Assembly (NCBI GenBank): GCA_046314355.1
Contig: JBKBWQ010000001.1
Span: forward strand, 192,001 to 256,000
Length of the DNA: 64,000 bases
From: Candidatus Altimarinota bacterium
Lineage (GTDB): Bacteria > Patescibacteriota > Gracilibacteria > 1-14-2-50-48-13
Reading direction: 5' to 3'
The position numbers and the translations under genes are program-made. The notes beneath the pieces are model-generated. The model made no database searches and was not told the origin of the DNA. It worked only from the letters and a program-made list of their open reading frames with translations. The first letter of the stretch is position 1; each line of letters begins with the position of its first letter. Of the stretch, positions 18,663-30,462 are shown piece after piece.

Positions 18663-20090
18663 TTAAGAGAGCTTTTTCTGTACTATTTCACCGACGATTT
18701 TAGGATTTGCACTTCCACCTGATTTTTTCATAGTTTGTCCTACAAAAAAACCTAGAAGAGTAGTCTTTCCACCTCTAAACTCATCTGCCTGTGCAGGAAA
18801 ATCTTTTATAACTTCATCTACAAAAGCTTCGATGGCTTTCGTATCTGAGACTTGAAGTAGTCCCATTTCTGACACTAACACTTTAGGATCTTTACCATTT
18901 TCAATCATTTTTTCTAGTACTTCTTTACCGCTTAAGCTTGATATTTCTTGTTCTTTTACCATAGAAACGACCATCGCCATTTCTTTTGGTCCAAAAGGAA
19001 GTTCTTTGAGATGAATTTTCTTTTCGTTTATAAACCCAAGCAGAATAGATACTATCCACGATGATGAGAGTTTTGGTTCCTTTGTATACTCTACAACTGC
19101 TTCAAAGAAGTCAGCAAGTTCGAGATCTGCAATAAGTACTGCTGTTATATCATGTTCTAGATCATAACTAGAGAGATAGCGTTCTTTCTTTGCGTGAGGC
19201 AGTTCAGGAAGCTCGCTTCTAATCTCCTCGATTTGTTCTTTAGTGAATGTAAGAGGTGGGATATCAGGTTCTGGAAAATATCTATAATCTGCAGCTTCTT
19301 CCTTTGATCTCTGAGATATAGTGATTTCTTTTTCATCATCCCAACCTCTAGTTTCTTGAGTTATTTTTTCACCTTTTTCGATCATCTTTGTCTGCCTGTC
19401 TATCTCAAAGATAATTGCTCTTTCCATGGATCTAAAAGAATTTAGATTTTTAATCTCTACTTTTGTACCAAAAGGAGCATCTTCATTCTCGCGTAGAGAG
19501 ATATTGACATCAAAACGCATCATTCCTTTCTCCATATCCACCTCTGACGCACCAGATGCCCGTAGAGTCTGCTGCATAATACGTGCATAGAGACTTGCCT
19601 CCTCCATACTTCTCATATCTGCTCTTGATACGATTTCCATAAGAGGAGCTCCTGCTCTGTTATAATCTACAAGACTTCCCCCTGATGTATGTGAGAGTTT
19701 TCCAGCATCATTTTCTAAATGCAGACGCTCAATTCCAATTCTCTTTTTTGTACCGTCTTTCTTCTCTATCTCTATGTAGCCATTCTCAGCAACTGGCTGA
19801 TCATACTGTGATATCTGATATCCCATTGGCAGATCGGGATAAAAGTAGTTTTTCCGGTCAAATTTTGAAAACTCATTTATAGTACAGTTGATGGCAAGTG
19901 CTGCTCTTACTCCTAACCGTATTGCATCCTGATTCGGTTTCGGAAGCATTCCAGGATGTCCAGTACAAATAGGGCAGATATTTTTGTTTGGCAGTTCAGG
20001 GACTGCTTCGTTGAGACAACGGCAAAAGAGCTTAGTCTTTGAATTGATACGAGCATGTATTTCAAGACCGATTACAGGAGAAAGAGGCAT
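18663..20090 (-). CDS. gatB: Asp-tRNA(Asn)/Glu-tRNA(Gln) amidotransferase subunit B
   Basis: IGLEIH, FDRKNYFYPDLP.GYQISQ, HLENDAGK, YRYFPEPD. Confidence 0.98.
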   Translation of the reverse strand: MPLSPVIGLEIHARINSKTKLFCRCLNEAVPELPNKNICPICTGHPGMLPKPNQDAIRLGVRAALAINCTINEFSKFDRKNYFYPDLPMGYQISQYDQPVAENGYIEIEKKDGTKKRIGIERLHLENDAGKLSHTSGGSLVDYNRAGAPLMEIVSRADMRSMEEASLYARIMQQTLRASGASEVDMEKGMMRFDVNISLRENEDAPFGTKVEIKNLNSFRSMERAIIFEIDRQTKMIEKGEKITQETRGWDDEKEITISQRSKEEAADYRYFPEPDIPPLTFTKEQIEEIRSELPELPHAKKERYLSSYDLEHDITAVLIADLELADFFEAVVEYTKEPKLSSSWIVSILLGFINEKKIHLKELPFGPKEMAMVVSMVKEQEISSLSGKEVLEKMIENGKDPKVLVSEMGLLQVSDTKAIEAFVDEVIKDFPAQADEFRGGKTTLLGFFVGQTMKKSGGSANPKIVGEIVQKKLS

Positions 20091-20199
20091 AGTCAGATTT
20101 GGAAAAATTATCGTGCATTATTATAAAGGAAGAAGAGAAAACAAAAAAGTAAAAAAAACGATTTTCTTGCCGGTTTTTAAGTGCATGATAGAGTGTAGG

Positions 20200-20327
20200 G
20201 GAGAAGTGAGTAATTGGACTCAATAATTAGGCTCAATAATTGGGCTCAGTAATTATGGCTCACATAATTAAGTAATTGCGCTCAATGATTGCAGCCCAAT
20301 TATGTGCACCCAATCACTGATCCTCCC
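20200..20327. repeat. Self-inverted 13-14 bp unit array (gene-less copy)
   Basis: GGACTC, AGGCTC, GGGCTC, TGGCTC | GCGCTC | GCAGCCC, GTGCACCC cores with AATAATT-like spacers. Confidence 0.9.
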
Positions 20328-20355
20328 ATCCTAACCTTAAATTTTACACTATTGT

Positions 20356-20655
20356 ATGAATTATCCGTCCTTTGAAAGTGAAATGACAGAATTTCTTGGA
20401 GATATGGGCTTTAATGATCTTCCTAAGGAGAAACAGCAGGAAGTACTCGCTCAGCTTAAAGCACTAGTGGAAGAAGAAGTGGAGTTTGAACTTGATCAAA
20501 TTGTTCCAGACACTGAAAAAGATCACTTCGCAGGTCTATCCAAAGAAGAACAGGATGAATATCTAGATGAACTTGGAATTGATAGGGAAGAGATAGCATA
20601 CCAAAAAACTCAGGCTCTGAAGACTGAATTACAGAAAGGTGAAGAGAGTGAGTAA
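20356..20655 (+). CDS. Small acidic hypothetical protein (DUF5663-like)
   Basis: 99 aa, very acidic, MGFNDLPKEKQQE motif resembling small CPR helical proteins. Confidence 0.65.
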   Translation: MNYPSFESEMTEFLGDMGFNDLPKEKQQEVLAQLKALVEEEVEFELDQIVPDTEKDHFAGLSKEEQDEYLDELGIDREEIAYQKTQALKTELQKGEESE

Positions 20656-20687
20656 ATAAAAATCCCCGTGATCGGGGATTTTTATTT
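20654..20687. terminator. Bidirectional terminator between convergent genes
   Basis: AAATAAAAATCCCCG-TGAT-CGGGGATTTTTATTT perfect hairpin. Confidence 0.88.
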
Positions 20688-23304
20688 ACTTCTTAGAAAA
20701 ACTAAGCTCTTCATTTTTTAGATCTACTTTGATGGTACTGCCGCTTAGATAACTTCCATCTAATAGTTTGATTGCAAGTGAATTAATAAGTTCCTGCTGA
20801 ATTATTCTTTTTAGCGGACGAGCTCCAAAGAGAGGATCATAGCCCTTTTGACCTAGGTAGAGTTTTGCTTTTTCACTAAGAGAGAGAGTTATATTTCTCT
20901 CCTTTAATCTCTCTGATAATTCTAGAAGCTGAAGATCGACAATTTTTATAATTTCCTCTTTTCGAAGTGCATGGAAAATAATGGTATCATCGATTCGGTT
21001 GAGGAATTCAGGACGGAACTGTTTCTGTAGGATTCCCATGATCTCCGCGTATTGGGCGGATTCTAAACTCTGTCTTTCTATATCTGATTCGGTGGCGGCT
21101 ATCTTTGGCGTATAGTGCTGTATAACAGCACTTCCCAGATTTGACGTCATAATTATTACTGTATTCTTGAAGTTTACAGTTCTCCCTTTAGCATCTGTGA
21201 GCCTTCCGTCATCGAGTACTTGTAATAGTATATTAAATACTTCAGGATGAGCTTTTTCGATCTCATCAAAGAGAATCACAGAATAGGGTTTTCTACGGAC
21301 TGCTTCCGTAAGCTGTCCTCCCTCATCATAGCCGACATATCCTGGAGGTGAACCTATCATTTTTGATACCGCATGAGATTCCATATATTCACTCATATCG
21401 AGACGAATCATATGTTCCTCGTCATTAAACAAGAATTCTGCTAAGCTTTTTGCAAGCTCTGTTTTTCCTACTCCTGTGGGACCTAAGAATAAGAAAGAAC
21501 CTTGCGGTCTCCTGGGATCTGATAATCCGCTCCTGGCACGGCGTACTGCGTGAGCTATAGCAGAGATAGCATTCTTTTGTCCTATGACACGTTTTTCAAG
21601 ATATGATTCCATGTTGGAAAGTTTTTCAGTTTCACCCTCTACAAGTTTGGTCACAGGAATACCTGTCCATCTTGATACAACTTTGGCAATATCTTCTTCG
21701 GTGACCTCTTCCCGCAGTAGGGAATGTCCATCTTCTTGTATCTTTTGAAGTTCAACTGTTTTAGCAGTAATTGTTTTTTCCAGTTCTGGTATAGTGCCAT
21801 ACCTGAGCTGCGCTGCTGTATTAAGATCTCCGTCACGCTCAGCTTTTTCTGCCAGTACGCGCTTTGCATCTAGATTTTCTCTTAACTTATTGAGATCCTG
21901 GATGATATGTTTTTCTCCAAGCCATACATGTTCTATCTCTCTTGCTGACTCCTGAATATCAGCAAGTTCCTTTTGGATATCCTTTAATCTCTTTTGTGAC
22001 GCTTCATCTTTTTCTTTTCTTAAAGCTTCCTGTTCAATTTCGAGTTGCATGATTTTTCTTTTTTTCTGTTCAAGTTCGGCAGGCATGGAAGTTACTTCCA
22101 TTTTGAGTGAAGAAGCAGCTTCATCCATGAGATCGATTGCTTTATCCGGAAGCCTTCTATCAGGAAGATAACGGGTAGAAAGTACTGCAGAGGCAACTAT
22201 AGCAGGGTCAGAAATCCGTATACCATGGTGAATCTCATATTTTTCTTTAATACCTCTCAGGATTGAGATAGTATCTTCCATTGTAGGTTCATCCACCATA
22301 ACTGGCTGAAAACGTCTTTCCAAAGCTGCATCTTTTTCTACGTACTGTCTGTATTCTTTTAGAGTCGTAGCACCTATCACATGGATTTTTCCTCGAGCTA
22401 GGGCAGGTTTTAGAAGATTGCCGGCATCAGTGGATCCTTCTGATGCACCAGCTCCCACAATAGTATGGAGCTCATCTATAAAGAGTATAATGTTTCCTTG
22501 GGATTTCTCTACTTCTTGAAGTACCGACTTCAGTCTTTCTTCAAATTCTCCGCGGTACTTTGCTCCAGCTATAAGTGATCCCATATCAAGGACAAGAAGC
22601 TTTTTATTTCTAAGAGTATCAGGAACATCGCCGCTTACTATTCTTCTCGCAAGTCCTTCAGCTATAGCAGTCTTACCAACTCCCGGATCACCTACGAGAA
22701 CAGGATTGTTTTTAGTTCTTCTTGAGAGGATCTGGATAGTTCTTCTGATTTCGTCATCCCGTCCGATTATTGGATCAATTTTTCCAGTGCGGGCTTCTTC
22801 AGTAAGATCTGTTGTATATTTTTTCAACGCCTGGAGTTTTGTCTCGGGATCCTTATCTGTGATATGCTCTCCACCTCTAAGTGTCTTGATTGATGCATGT
22901 ACAGCTTTGGAATTGATTCCAAAATGCTCCAACATGTCTTTAACTGTACTCTGAGTATTTGTAATAGCTAAGAGTAAATGCTCAGTACTTATATATTCAT
23001 CACCAAATTGTTTTGCTTCACTTTCAGCAGTCTCAAGTACAGTTTTAAAATTTGCTTCCATAAAAAGCTGACGCTCTCCCTGTATAGTTGGAAGTGCAGA
23101 AATAGTCTGCTGTAGTTTAAGTACAATGTCTGCAATCGGGGATCCTATTTTTTCTAGAATTGGTTTCACTAAACCGCCTTCCTGCTGAAGTAGAGAAAGT
23201 AATAGATGGCTTAATGTAATCTCACTATGAGAGAGTTTATTGGCAGAATCTTGTGCTTCCTGAACTGCCTCTAAAGCTTTGATGGTAAATTTTTCTAGAT
23301 TCAT
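20686..23304 (-). CDS. clpB: ATP-dependent chaperone ClpB
   Basis: Two AAA+ modules ([16 protein letters not shown]) and a long coiled-coil middle domain; 872 aa. Confidence 0.97.
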   Translation of the reverse strand: MNLEKFTIKALEAVQEAQDSANKLSHSEITLSHLLLSLLQQEGGLVKPILEKIGSPIADIVLKLQQTISALPTIQGERQLFMEANFKTVLETAESEAKQFGDEYISTEHLLLAITNTQSTVKDMLEHFGINSKAVHASIKTLRGGEHITDKDPETKLQALKKYTTDLTEEARTGKIDPIIGRDDEIRRTIQILSRRTKNNPVLVGDPGVGKTAIAEGLARRIVSGDVPDTLRNKKLLVLDMGSLIAGAKYRGEFEERLKSVLQEVEKSQGNIILFIDELHTIVGAGASEGSTDAGNLLKPALARGKIHVIGATTLKEYRQYVEKDAALERRFQPVMVDEPTMEDTISILRGIKEKYEIHHGIRISDPAIVASAVLSTRYLPDRRLPDKAIDLMDEAASSLKMEVTSMPAELEQKKRKIMQLEIEQEALRKEKDEASQKRLKDIQKELADIQESAREIEHVWLGEKHIIQDLNKLRENLDAKRVLAEKAERDGDLNTAAQLRYGTIPELEKTITAKTVELQKIQEDGHSLLREEVTEEDIAKVVSRWTGIPVTKLVEGETEKLSNMESYLEKRVIGQKNAISAIAHAVRRARSGLSDPRRPQGSFLFLGPTGVGKTELAKSLAEFLFNDEEHMIRLDMSEYMESHAVSKMIGSPPGYVGYDEGGQLTEAVRRKPYSVILFDEIEKAHPEVFNILLQVLDDGRLTDAKGRTVNFKNTVIIMTSNLGSAVIQHYTPKIAATESDIERQSLESAQYAEIMGILQKQFRPEFLNRIDDTIIFHALRKEEIIKIVDLQLLELSERLKERNITLSLSEKAKLYLGQKGYDPLFGARPLKRIIQQELINSLAIKLLDGSYLSGSTIKVDLKNEELSFSKK

Positions 23305-23370
23305 AGACAGAATATTTATGTGTTGTATTAATGCTTATATTATATCCAAAATCCAAGTACTTGTAAAAAA

Positions 23371-24675
23371 TTATTTTAGCTTATCATGAGATTCTTCAGA
23401 ATAGATCGTACCAAGGATCACAATGAGTAGTATAAACCCAGTCCACGAAGTGAGCCAGAAATGATCTATAAGTGCATACAAAAAGAAGGTCATAATGATT
23501 CCTAGTTCTGAGAAAAGGAGTTTTCTATGAATATACATCCTTTGAAAAAAGGAGAAGAAAATGTTTAAAAAGAATATAATAGCTGATATGCCTCCTATAA
23601 TGCCTAGCTCATTTAATAAAAGCATAAAGAAAGAATGAACAGGCTGATATTCCCATGGAAAGAAGAGAGGTAGTGAAGGATGATTGAGATGGAGTATAAA
23701 GTTTCCAAGCCCTATACCTAGAGGGTGAGACAATAAAACCTGAATTGATGCTTTGAGTAAAAGAAACCTGTCTGTAAGAGTAGTAGAATCAAAGAACAGG
23801 AATATACTGCTGAATAGAAGAAAGAATACAGCTGCAAGCATCAGTATAGCCCATAGTATTCTCAGGATATCTTTCTCAATTACTAGAAGGCTACTTGTAC
23901 GTTCTTGTAGTGATGTAAAGATATGAGATGTCTTCGCTGAGCGGATGCATACCCAGACCACCAGGGTACTGAGTAATATAAAATATGCCGTTTTTGAAAC
24001 GCTGGCTAAGATTCCTGCCAGTATCAAAAAGGTAATAGAGTTATATTGCCATGACGTAAGAAAAGAGAGGCTCTTTTTAAAATAGAATATAAGAAACAAT
24101 GAAAGAGAAAGAACACCTGCTGCAATATTTGGGTGAAGGAAAGTTCCATATGCTCTAATATGATTTTCTCCAGAGATATGAAATTTTGCTGTGGTAAGAT
24201 CCTCAGCTGAGAGTACTGGCTCTTTGAAGAACCATAATCCAAGACTTGAGTTTAGTAGGAACTGCAACACCATCAATATGGATTGAAATAGAGCTCCGAA
24301 GACTACTGTGTATAAAACAGTTTTGTGCAGACTTCTATCCGAGTAGAGGATATAAAAGAGTAATATTCCCTCCAATACATGTCTTGATCGTAGAATATGA
24401 AGCCATGGATCACTGGCGAAGAAATAGCTCGTCACTATACCTATAAATATTCCTAAAATACTGTAGATCTGAAGAGATGGTATTTTGATATTCTTTGTAT
24501 TTTGAATAAATACTAATCTAGCAAAATAACTGAAAAAAAAGAGGAGAAGTAAGATTTCACTTATATGGAGATAAGAGCGTGTCCAAATCGCATCTGTACC
24601 GAGAGCAATAGCCTCTGAATTCGAATAAATCAGGGTTTCAAATTGGAACATGGATAGAAAAATGCTACCTGCCAA
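23371..24675 (-). CDS. O-antigen ligase-like (Wzy_C) membrane protein
   Basis: RAYGTFLHPN, GIGLGNF, PVHSFF..LNELGIIG, DHF motifs; start codon uncertain. Confidence 0.85.
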   Translation of the reverse strand: MAGSIFLSMFQFETLIYSNSEAIALGTDAIWTRSYLHISEILLLLFFFSYFARLVFIQNTKNIKIPSLQIYSILGIFIGIVTSYFFASDPWLHILRSRHVLEGILLFYILYSDRSLHKTVLYTVVFGALFQSILMVLQFLLNSSLGLWFFKEPVLSAEDLTTAKFHISGENHIRAYGTFLHPNIAAGVLSLSLFLIFYFKKSLSFLTSWQYNSITFLILAGILASVSKTAYFILLSTLVVWVCIRSAKTSHIFTSLQERTSSLLVIEKDILRILWAILMLAAVFFLLFSSIFLFFDSTTLTDRFLLLKASIQVLLSHPLGIGLGNFILHLNHPSLPLFFPWEYQPVHSFFMLLLNELGIIGGISAIIFFLNIFFSFFQRMYIHRKLLFSELGIIMTFFLYALIDHFWLTSWTGFILLIVILGTIYSEESHDKLK

Positions 24676-24733
24676 TGACGCACGTATGAGGTGTGAGATG
24701 TAAGCAGATATATTATCCTTTATCTGAGCTGGT

Positions 24734-26074
24734 CTAAGTGAGGGTATCTTCAGTGGGTAGGAAATAAATCGTATAAAGTATGGAGTCTGGATTTGATGTA
24801 TTAATTAATACAAAAAACTCTTCTTTTTGAGAATAATAAACAGTATCGAACTTTTCTAGATTCAACAGATGTGTGCAGTACTGCAAGTGGAACTGCTCGC
24901 AGTGAAGTATCTCATTATCAAAAACAACAAATCCATAAAGAGCATTTTCTACAGTAAAAATTGCTTTAGGCTGAGATGAGAATCTTGTAAGAAACTCTTT
25001 TGCTGTAGAGGATGAAAGTAGGATGTCTCCTAGAGATTTTATAATAAAGGTTCCTTTCGGTTGAGGATAGATGGCTTGTACCTCTGACTCAATTACACTT
25101 TTAGTTTTCTCTGATATGAGAGCACCAGTTGAGGTAAGTAGGAGACTATCATCACTCTTGAACTGCAGCGCCTTTATTGGAAGTGTTCCAGTTGTGAGCT
25201 CACTAAGTCTTAAGTTTCCAAAGAAGTCTTGTTTTAGAATATTTCCTGATCCTGCAGCAGATGTGAAAATATATCCATAATTAGAAAGAGAAGATTTCTG
25301 AAGTAAAGTTGATGCTGTAATTTCTTTAATATTCTTAGAGAGAGGTGATGATAATTCACCGTTCTGTTCTTGGATGCTCCAAAGTTCGCGTTTATCTTTT
25401 TTGAATACTAATAGCGACTTTTGTTCAGTGAAGACATTATCTTGAACATCTGTGTCTATAAGGGTGCACGACATTGTATCAAGAGTACATATTCTCCAAT
25501 GAAGATTGGTTTTTAATAGTACTTTCGTATCCTTAAACGAATTAAATTTTTCAACTATTTCATTCTCTGCGAGGAAGTCTAGCGTGAATACTTTCTCTGG
25601 TTTGTGAAGCTTTAATGAAGGAGCTTTTTCAAAAAAAGAAAGAACTCGTGTATCTGTATAATATTCAAGAAAAATATGATCGTTTACAAAAAAATGCTTT
25701 AAATCCTTTGAGGATGTAAAACTTGTTGAAGTGATTCTTGATTCTACAGGTGTAAACTCAACTTTAAGATGAACAGCCTTTTCTTTAGAAGAGGGAAACT
25801 GTACAGTAATGGGATGAAATCCTGCTTTTAAGAGCTTTACAGTATGTTCTCCAATATCAATATTTGAATCGAGGTAGGGCAGAGTTACAAGAGATGTCTT
25901 GTCATCAAGGATCATTGCCACATCACTCTCTTCACCTTCTATGAAAAGAACACCTCTTTGCTGTATCGTCTTTTCCTGCAGGCTGAAACGATATCCAAAA
26001 AGTGCTCCTAGTGAAAGAGAAGCAAGTATAAGAAATACAGAAACAAACCACAATTTTCTTAAAAGTACTAACAC
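24734..26074 (-). CDS. PEGA-domain membrane-anchored protein
   Basis: N-terminal TM, GYRF, then PEGA-like GEHTVKLLKAGF; beta-rich remainder. Confidence 0.65.
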   Translation of the reverse strand: MLVLLRKLWFVSVFLILASLSLGALFGYRFSLQEKTIQQRGVLFIEGEESDVAMILDDKTSLVTLPYLDSNIDIGEHTVKLLKAGFHPITVQFPSSKEKAVHLKVEFTPVESRITSTSFTSSKDLKHFFVNDHIFLEYYTDTRVLSFFEKAPSLKLHKPEKVFTLDFLAENEIVEKFNSFKDTKVLLKTNLHWRICTLDTMSCTLIDTDVQDNVFTEQKSLLVFKKDKRELWSIQEQNGELSSPLSKNIKEITASTLLQKSSLSNYGYIFTSAAGSGNILKQDFFGNLRLSELTTGTLPIKALQFKSDDSLLLTSTGALISEKTKSVIESEVQAIYPQPKGTFIIKSLGDILLSSSTAKEFLTRFSSQPKAIFTVENALYGFVVFDNEILHCEQFHLQYCTHLLNLEKFDTVYYSQKEEFFVLINTSNPDSILYTIYFLPTEDTLT

Positions 26075-26082
26075 AGATATGT

Positions 26083-26535
26083 TTAGTAAAGAGAAAGAAG
26101 TGTGCCTACAAACACTCCCAAAATCATTCCGACAGCTACTTCTAAAGGTGTGTGTCCAACCTCTTCATGGAGAGGAAACTGTTTGAGAAAATCCTTAGAT
26201 AAGTCAAAGGAATGGGTTTCTACAAGCTGATTGATAACTGTAGCATGAACGCCTGACTGATAGCGTACGTGCATTGCGTCATACACTACGATACCTGAGA
26301 AAGAAAGTACGACAGCAAATTCAGTAGAATTGATACCATGCTTAAAGGCTACGGCTGTAGATAAAGCTAGTACAAAACAAGAATGTACACTGGGCATCCC
26401 TCCGGATCCCCAGATATACTTTCTATTAAAACGTGAATTACCAACCCGTATAATATATTTTACAACCTGACCTATACACCATGCGATAATAGGAATGGTG
26501 AGAATATGCTCAAGAAAAAAGCCATGAGCTATCAT
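26083..26535 (-). CDS. Divergent PAP2 family protein (DUF212)
   Basis: SGGMPSVHS, VVYDA..VR..SG.HA, GHTPLEV motifs. Confidence 0.92.
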   Translation of the reverse strand: MIAHGFFLEHILTIPIIAWCIGQVVKYIIRVGNSRFNRKYIWGSGGMPSVHSCFVLALSTAVAFKHGINSTEFAVVLSFSGIVVYDAMHVRYQSGVHATVINQLVETHSFDLSKDFLKQFPLHEEVGHTPLEVAVGMILGVFVGTLLSLY

Positions 26536-26537
26536 TA

Positions 26538-27014
26538 TTATGCGATTTTAAGGATTTCATATTTCATAAGACCCTTTGGAGCTTTGAAGTTTACTACTGT
26601 TCCTATTTCTTTTCCAAGAACTGCTTCTCCAATGGGAGACTCATTTGAAAATTTTGAATTAAGGGGATCAACCTCAGTACTACCTACTAATGAGAAAATA
26701 AGCTGCTCATTATCTTCAATATTTCGGACAGTAACTGTAGAACCTAACTCTACTATTCCTCCTTTTTTAGCTTTTTTTGAAATAACCTCAGCTGTTGCAA
26801 TTTCTTCCTCTATTTCACGAATACGTGCCTCAGTAAGTGCCTGATCATTCTTTGCAGAATCGTACTCGGAGTTTTCTTTCAAGTCTCCATAAGATATGGC
26901 TTCCTTTAGACGCTCAGATACTTCTGAACGTCGTACTGTTTTGAGGTAATCTAGCTCTTCGTTGAGCTTTTTAAGACCTTCTGCTGTAATATAGTGGTGA
27001 ACTTGCTTTGCCAT
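26538..27014 (-). CDS. greA: Transcription elongation factor GreA
   Basis: GDLKENSEYDSAK, SNESPIGEA. Confidence 0.97.
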   Translation of the reverse strand: MAKQVHHYITAEGLKKLNEELDYLKTVRRSEVSERLKEAISYGDLKENSEYDSAKNDQALTEARIREIEEEIATAEVISKKAKKGGIVELGSTVTVRNIEDNEQLIFSLVGSTEVDPLNSKFSNESPIGEAVLGKEIGTVVNFKAPKGLMKYEILKIA

Positions 27015-27076
27015 AGTGATTGATATGGGATATGTATTATAGTTGTACTTATTTTTGAGAAAAGAACAAGAGTTAC

Positions 27077-28240
27077 TTAAGAACGGATCTTTACACTTGT
27101 TGGATGTTCTTTGAGTTTCTGTAGAACTTTTGCCTCGATCTGACGTATTCGCTCACGCGTAACACCAAACTCTCTTCCTACTTCCTCGAGAGTATGACCT
27201 ACTCCATCTCCGAGTCCAAAACGCATTTTTATGATCTTTTTCTCACGAGGAGAAAGATACTGAAGCATTTCGTGAATATTCTCTTTGAGAATCTGACGGT
27301 TTGTCGCTTCGTCTGGAGATACGGTATTTACGTCCTCGATAAAGTCTCCAAGATTTGAATCTTCCTCTGAACCTACTGGTGCATCAAGAGATACAATATC
27401 CTGAGAGATTTTCATGATATGTTTTACCTTCTTGATATCCATACCAAGCTCGGCTGCGATCTCCTCTGGGAGAGGCTCACGTCCAAGTTCCTGTACTAGT
27501 CGTCGCTGAGTATGCGTAAACTTGTTGATGGTTTCCACCATATGTACTGGGATTCGGATAGTTCTCGCCTGATCCGCAATCGCTCGTGTAATTGCTTGTC
27601 GTATCCACCAAGTAGCGTATGTAGAGAATTTGAATCCTTTTTCCGGATCAAATTTGTCTACCGCACGTACTAGTCCAAGATTACCTTCCTGAATAAGATC
27701 AAGAAAAGAAAGCCCTCGTCCAATATATTTTTTTGCAATGGAGACTACGAGACGAAGATTGGCAGTCATAAGTGCCTGCTTTGCCTGGATGTTTCCGACT
27801 TTAATTTTTCGTGCAAGATCAACCTCTTCTTTTGCATTAAGAAGTTTTACTTTACCAATTTCACTTAGGTACATTCGTACACTATCATCTGAGATAGCCT
27901 GAAGATCTACCGCTTCAAGAAGCTTTTCAGGTTCGATCTCTTCTGTAAGATCCTCAGCCTTTGGTCCCTCGACTACAGCTGCAGGCTCACTATCTTTCTT
28001 TTTGAGCGTGTCCTTAAGGTCTACTACTTCAATCTCGAACTCGATAAGAAGTGTATAAATCTCATCAAGAAGCTGAAGACTATCTTCTGCGTCAGGAATT
28101 ACCTTTGAAAGTTCCTGATGAGTTATAAAACCCTGCTGAAGACCTTTTTCTATAAGTTCCTTGATCTCTGGTTCTAGTGTCTGTAATTTTTCATCTTTAA
28201 AATCGCCTATCGCTTTCTTTTTGCGTGGTGGTGTAGTCAT
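27077..28240 (-). CDS. rpoD: RNA polymerase primary sigma factor RpoD/SigA
   Basis: [43 protein letters not shown]; follows dnaG. Confidence 0.98.
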   Translation of the reverse strand: MTTPPRKKKAIGDFKDEKLQTLEPEIKELIEKGLQQGFITHQELSKVIPDAEDSLQLLDEIYTLLIEFEIEVVDLKDTLKKKDSEPAAVVEGPKAEDLTEEIEPEKLLEAVDLQAISDDSVRMYLSEIGKVKLLNAKEEVDLARKIKVGNIQAKQALMTANLRLVVSIAKKYIGRGLSFLDLIQEGNLGLVRAVDKFDPEKGFKFSTYATWWIRQAITRAIADQARTIRIPVHMVETINKFTHTQRRLVQELGREPLPEEIAAELGMDIKKVKHIMKISQDIVSLDAPVGSEEDSNLGDFIEDVNTVSPDEATNRQILKENIHEMLQYLSPREKKIIKMRFGLGDGVGHTLEEVGREFGVTRERIRQIEAKVLQKLKEHPTSVKIRS

Positions 28241-28253
28241 AGTGACTATGGAG

Positions 28254-30008
28254 TTAAGATGTAAAAGGTGAATGTATTGTATTTCGGAGCTGGGAAAGCT
28301 GCTCGCCTGTTTTAATCATACCCTCAGTATTTTTTTCTTTCTGATAGTATGCAAGCTTTAGAAGGAGTTTATCCTTTAATTTATGCTGGAGAAGTATAAG
28401 TTTCTCCTTGAGTGTAGTGCGCGCTATATCGATATTGTGCGTGATATTTGCTTCATCCAGATAAAGAAGAAGTACTTCTACCCTTGTTTTCACGTCGTCG
28501 TGAAGGAGTGTATGTATCTGGGAAATATCGCCCGAAAAAGTATATTCGTTTTTTATAAGCTTGTAAACATGATTTGGGAGCTCTCCGTCTAGTTCATCGA
28601 GGTATAGATGGTCATGAATTTCGCTGTAAAGCTCGGGGTAAGCAATAAGGATACCTGTAAAGATGGCTTCTGGAGTAGAAAAGTGTGTTTGGTTGAAAAG
28701 CTCTGCACTCACATTTTCATGTATTTTTGGAGTTTTTATTTTTTTAAATTCTTTTGTTACTGCCTCTACAGTACTCATCATTTGGTATGCTACCTGTTTT
28801 AAGTAATGCTCTTGAGCGATCTGACTTGTTAATAGTTTTACTAATGGGAGATAGAGAGTCACAATACGCTTTTTACCTTCAATAGTTTCCGGATCAAATT
28901 TACTTAGTAAATGAGCAAGTACAAAATCATGAAATGGCTTTGCATCTTCTGTCAGTTTTAAAAGCTCATCCTTCGAATATTTCTGAAAGAACTCGTCTAC
29001 GTCTTTTACATTATGCGCTTTGAGCGAAATAGGGCGTACTTCTATATCTTGGGGGATAACTACTTCTGCATTTCTAAGTGTTGCCTGCCAGCCGGCATTA
29101 TCATTATCGAAGAGAAAATAGAATGTGGAAGTATGACGTTTCAGGAGCTGTACTTGTTCTTTCGTAAACGCTGTGCCCGAACTTGCTACAATATTATGAA
29201 TACCTGCCTGCCATGCAGATAACACGTCCATGTATCCTTCTACTATGATGACAGATCCTGCTTCACGGATCGCATCTTTTGCAAAGGAGAGACCATAGAG
29301 AACATTTGATTTATGATAAATTGGTGTCTCTGGAGAATTAAGATATTTAGGTTCTCCATCACCAAGGATTCTGCCGCCAAAGGCAACAATATCCCCCAGA
29401 TGATTCGTAATAGGGAACATAATACGTCCCCGGAACTTGTTATAATGTTTCGCATCGTTTAATGCGAGCAGCCCTACTTTTAAAAGCTCCTCTGTCTCAT
29501 ATCTGTGTTTCTCACGAAGTTCTCTCCAAAGATCATCATAGGAATTTGGAGCAAATCCTATTTTAAAATCCGTAATAGTCTGCTCGTTGAGACCACGTTT
29601 TAGTAAATACTCCTTTGCTTCTGGAGAATTCTGCAGCTGCTCTTGGTAGAATTCAGTAGCAGTATGCATTATTTCGAACCACCGTTCCTTATCAGATTTC
29701 TTAATGGATGAAATTTTTTGAGGCTGATACTCAATCCCGGCTTTCCACGCTAGAAACTTCACCGCCTCAGGAAAATCCAGGCGTTCCACTTCCATTACAA
29801 ATTTGAAGATATCCCCGCCTTTCTGACATCCGAAACAATAGGCAATCTGCTTATCAGGACTGATAATAAATGATGGGCTGCTTTCCTTATGAAAAGGACA
29901 GAGAGCTTTAAAGCTTCTGCCGGATTTACGTAGTTCTACATATTCACTGACAACGGTGACTATATCGAGCTTTGCCTTGATGTCTTCTACGATATCCTGA
30001 CCTGACAT
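28254..30008 (-). CDS. dnaG: DNA primase
   Basis: CPFH..CFGC zinc finger, [28 protein letters not shown]. Confidence 0.98.
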   Translation of the reverse strand: MSGQDIVEDIKAKLDIVTVVSEYVELRKSGRSFKALCPFHKESSPSFIISPDKQIAYCFGCQKGGDIFKFVMEVERLDFPEAVKFLAWKAGIEYQPQKISSIKKSDKERWFEIMHTATEFYQEQLQNSPEAKEYLLKRGLNEQTITDFKIGFAPNSYDDLWRELREKHRYETEELLKVGLLALNDAKHYNKFRGRIMFPITNHLGDIVAFGGRILGDGEPKYLNSPETPIYHKSNVLYGLSFAKDAIREAGSVIIVEGYMDVLSAWQAGIHNIVASSGTAFTKEQVQLLKRHTSTFYFLFDNDNAGWQATLRNAEVVIPQDIEVRPISLKAHNVKDVDEFFQKYSKDELLKLTEDAKPFHDFVLAHLLSKFDPETIEGKKRIVTLYLPLVKLLTSQIAQEHYLKQVAYQMMSTVEAVTKEFKKIKTPKIHENVSAELFNQTHFSTPEAIFTGILIAYPELYSEIHDHLYLDELDGELPNHVYKLIKNEYTFSGDISQIHTLLHDDVKTRVEVLLLYLDEANITHNIDIARTTLKEKLILLQHKLKDKLLLKLAYYQKEKNTEGMIKTGEQLSQLRNTIHSPFTS

Positions 30009-30073
30009 GAAATATGATTTTAAAACAAGTAATGAGAGTATACTGTTGTTTTGTCAAATTGGAAGAGGAAGGT

Positions 30074-30201
30074 GGAGAAGTGAGGGGGTAATTGGGCGCA
30101 CATCATTGGGGCTCGGTAATTAGGGCGCAATTATTGGACTTAATAATTGCAGCCTAATAATGAGAGCCCAATTATACGCACCCAATGACCGAGCCAATTA
30201 C
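30074..30201. repeat. Self-inverted 13-14 bp unit array (gene-less copy)
   Basis: GGGCGCAC, GGGGCTCGG, AGGGCGC | GGACTT | GCAGCCT, GAGAGCCC, CGCACCC, CCGAGCC cores. Confidence 0.9.
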
Positions 30202-30211
30202 ATTTTACCTC

Positions 30212-30239
30212 TTTACTTTTCTCAATTTCCTCATATACT
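30212..30239 (+). promoter_or_regulatory. Putative sigma70 promoter
   Basis: TTTACT-N16-TATACT immediately after the array. Confidence 0.45.
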
Positions 30240-30409
30240 CCACCTCAGCTTATATAGTTTCATTTTTATGAACGCTTCTACATCTCACAGCCAGGTCTCT
30301 ACGCTAGCTATGTCACAGTATTGTGTCAAGTTTATTCGTATGTGGGATTTTGAGGCTCGGGAGATAGAGAAGATGCGGTTAAGCTAAACACTTTACAAAC
30401 AACTTTCTC

Positions 30410-30449
30410 AAAAACTCCCAAGACGCCTCAAGCACTTGGGAGTTTTTTT
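30410..30449 (+). terminator. Intrinsic terminator directly upstream of an ORF (attenuator-like position)
   Basis: AAAAACTCCCAAG...CTTGGGAGTTTTTTT. Confidence 0.75.
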
Positions 30450-30462
30450 AAATCAATTACCT

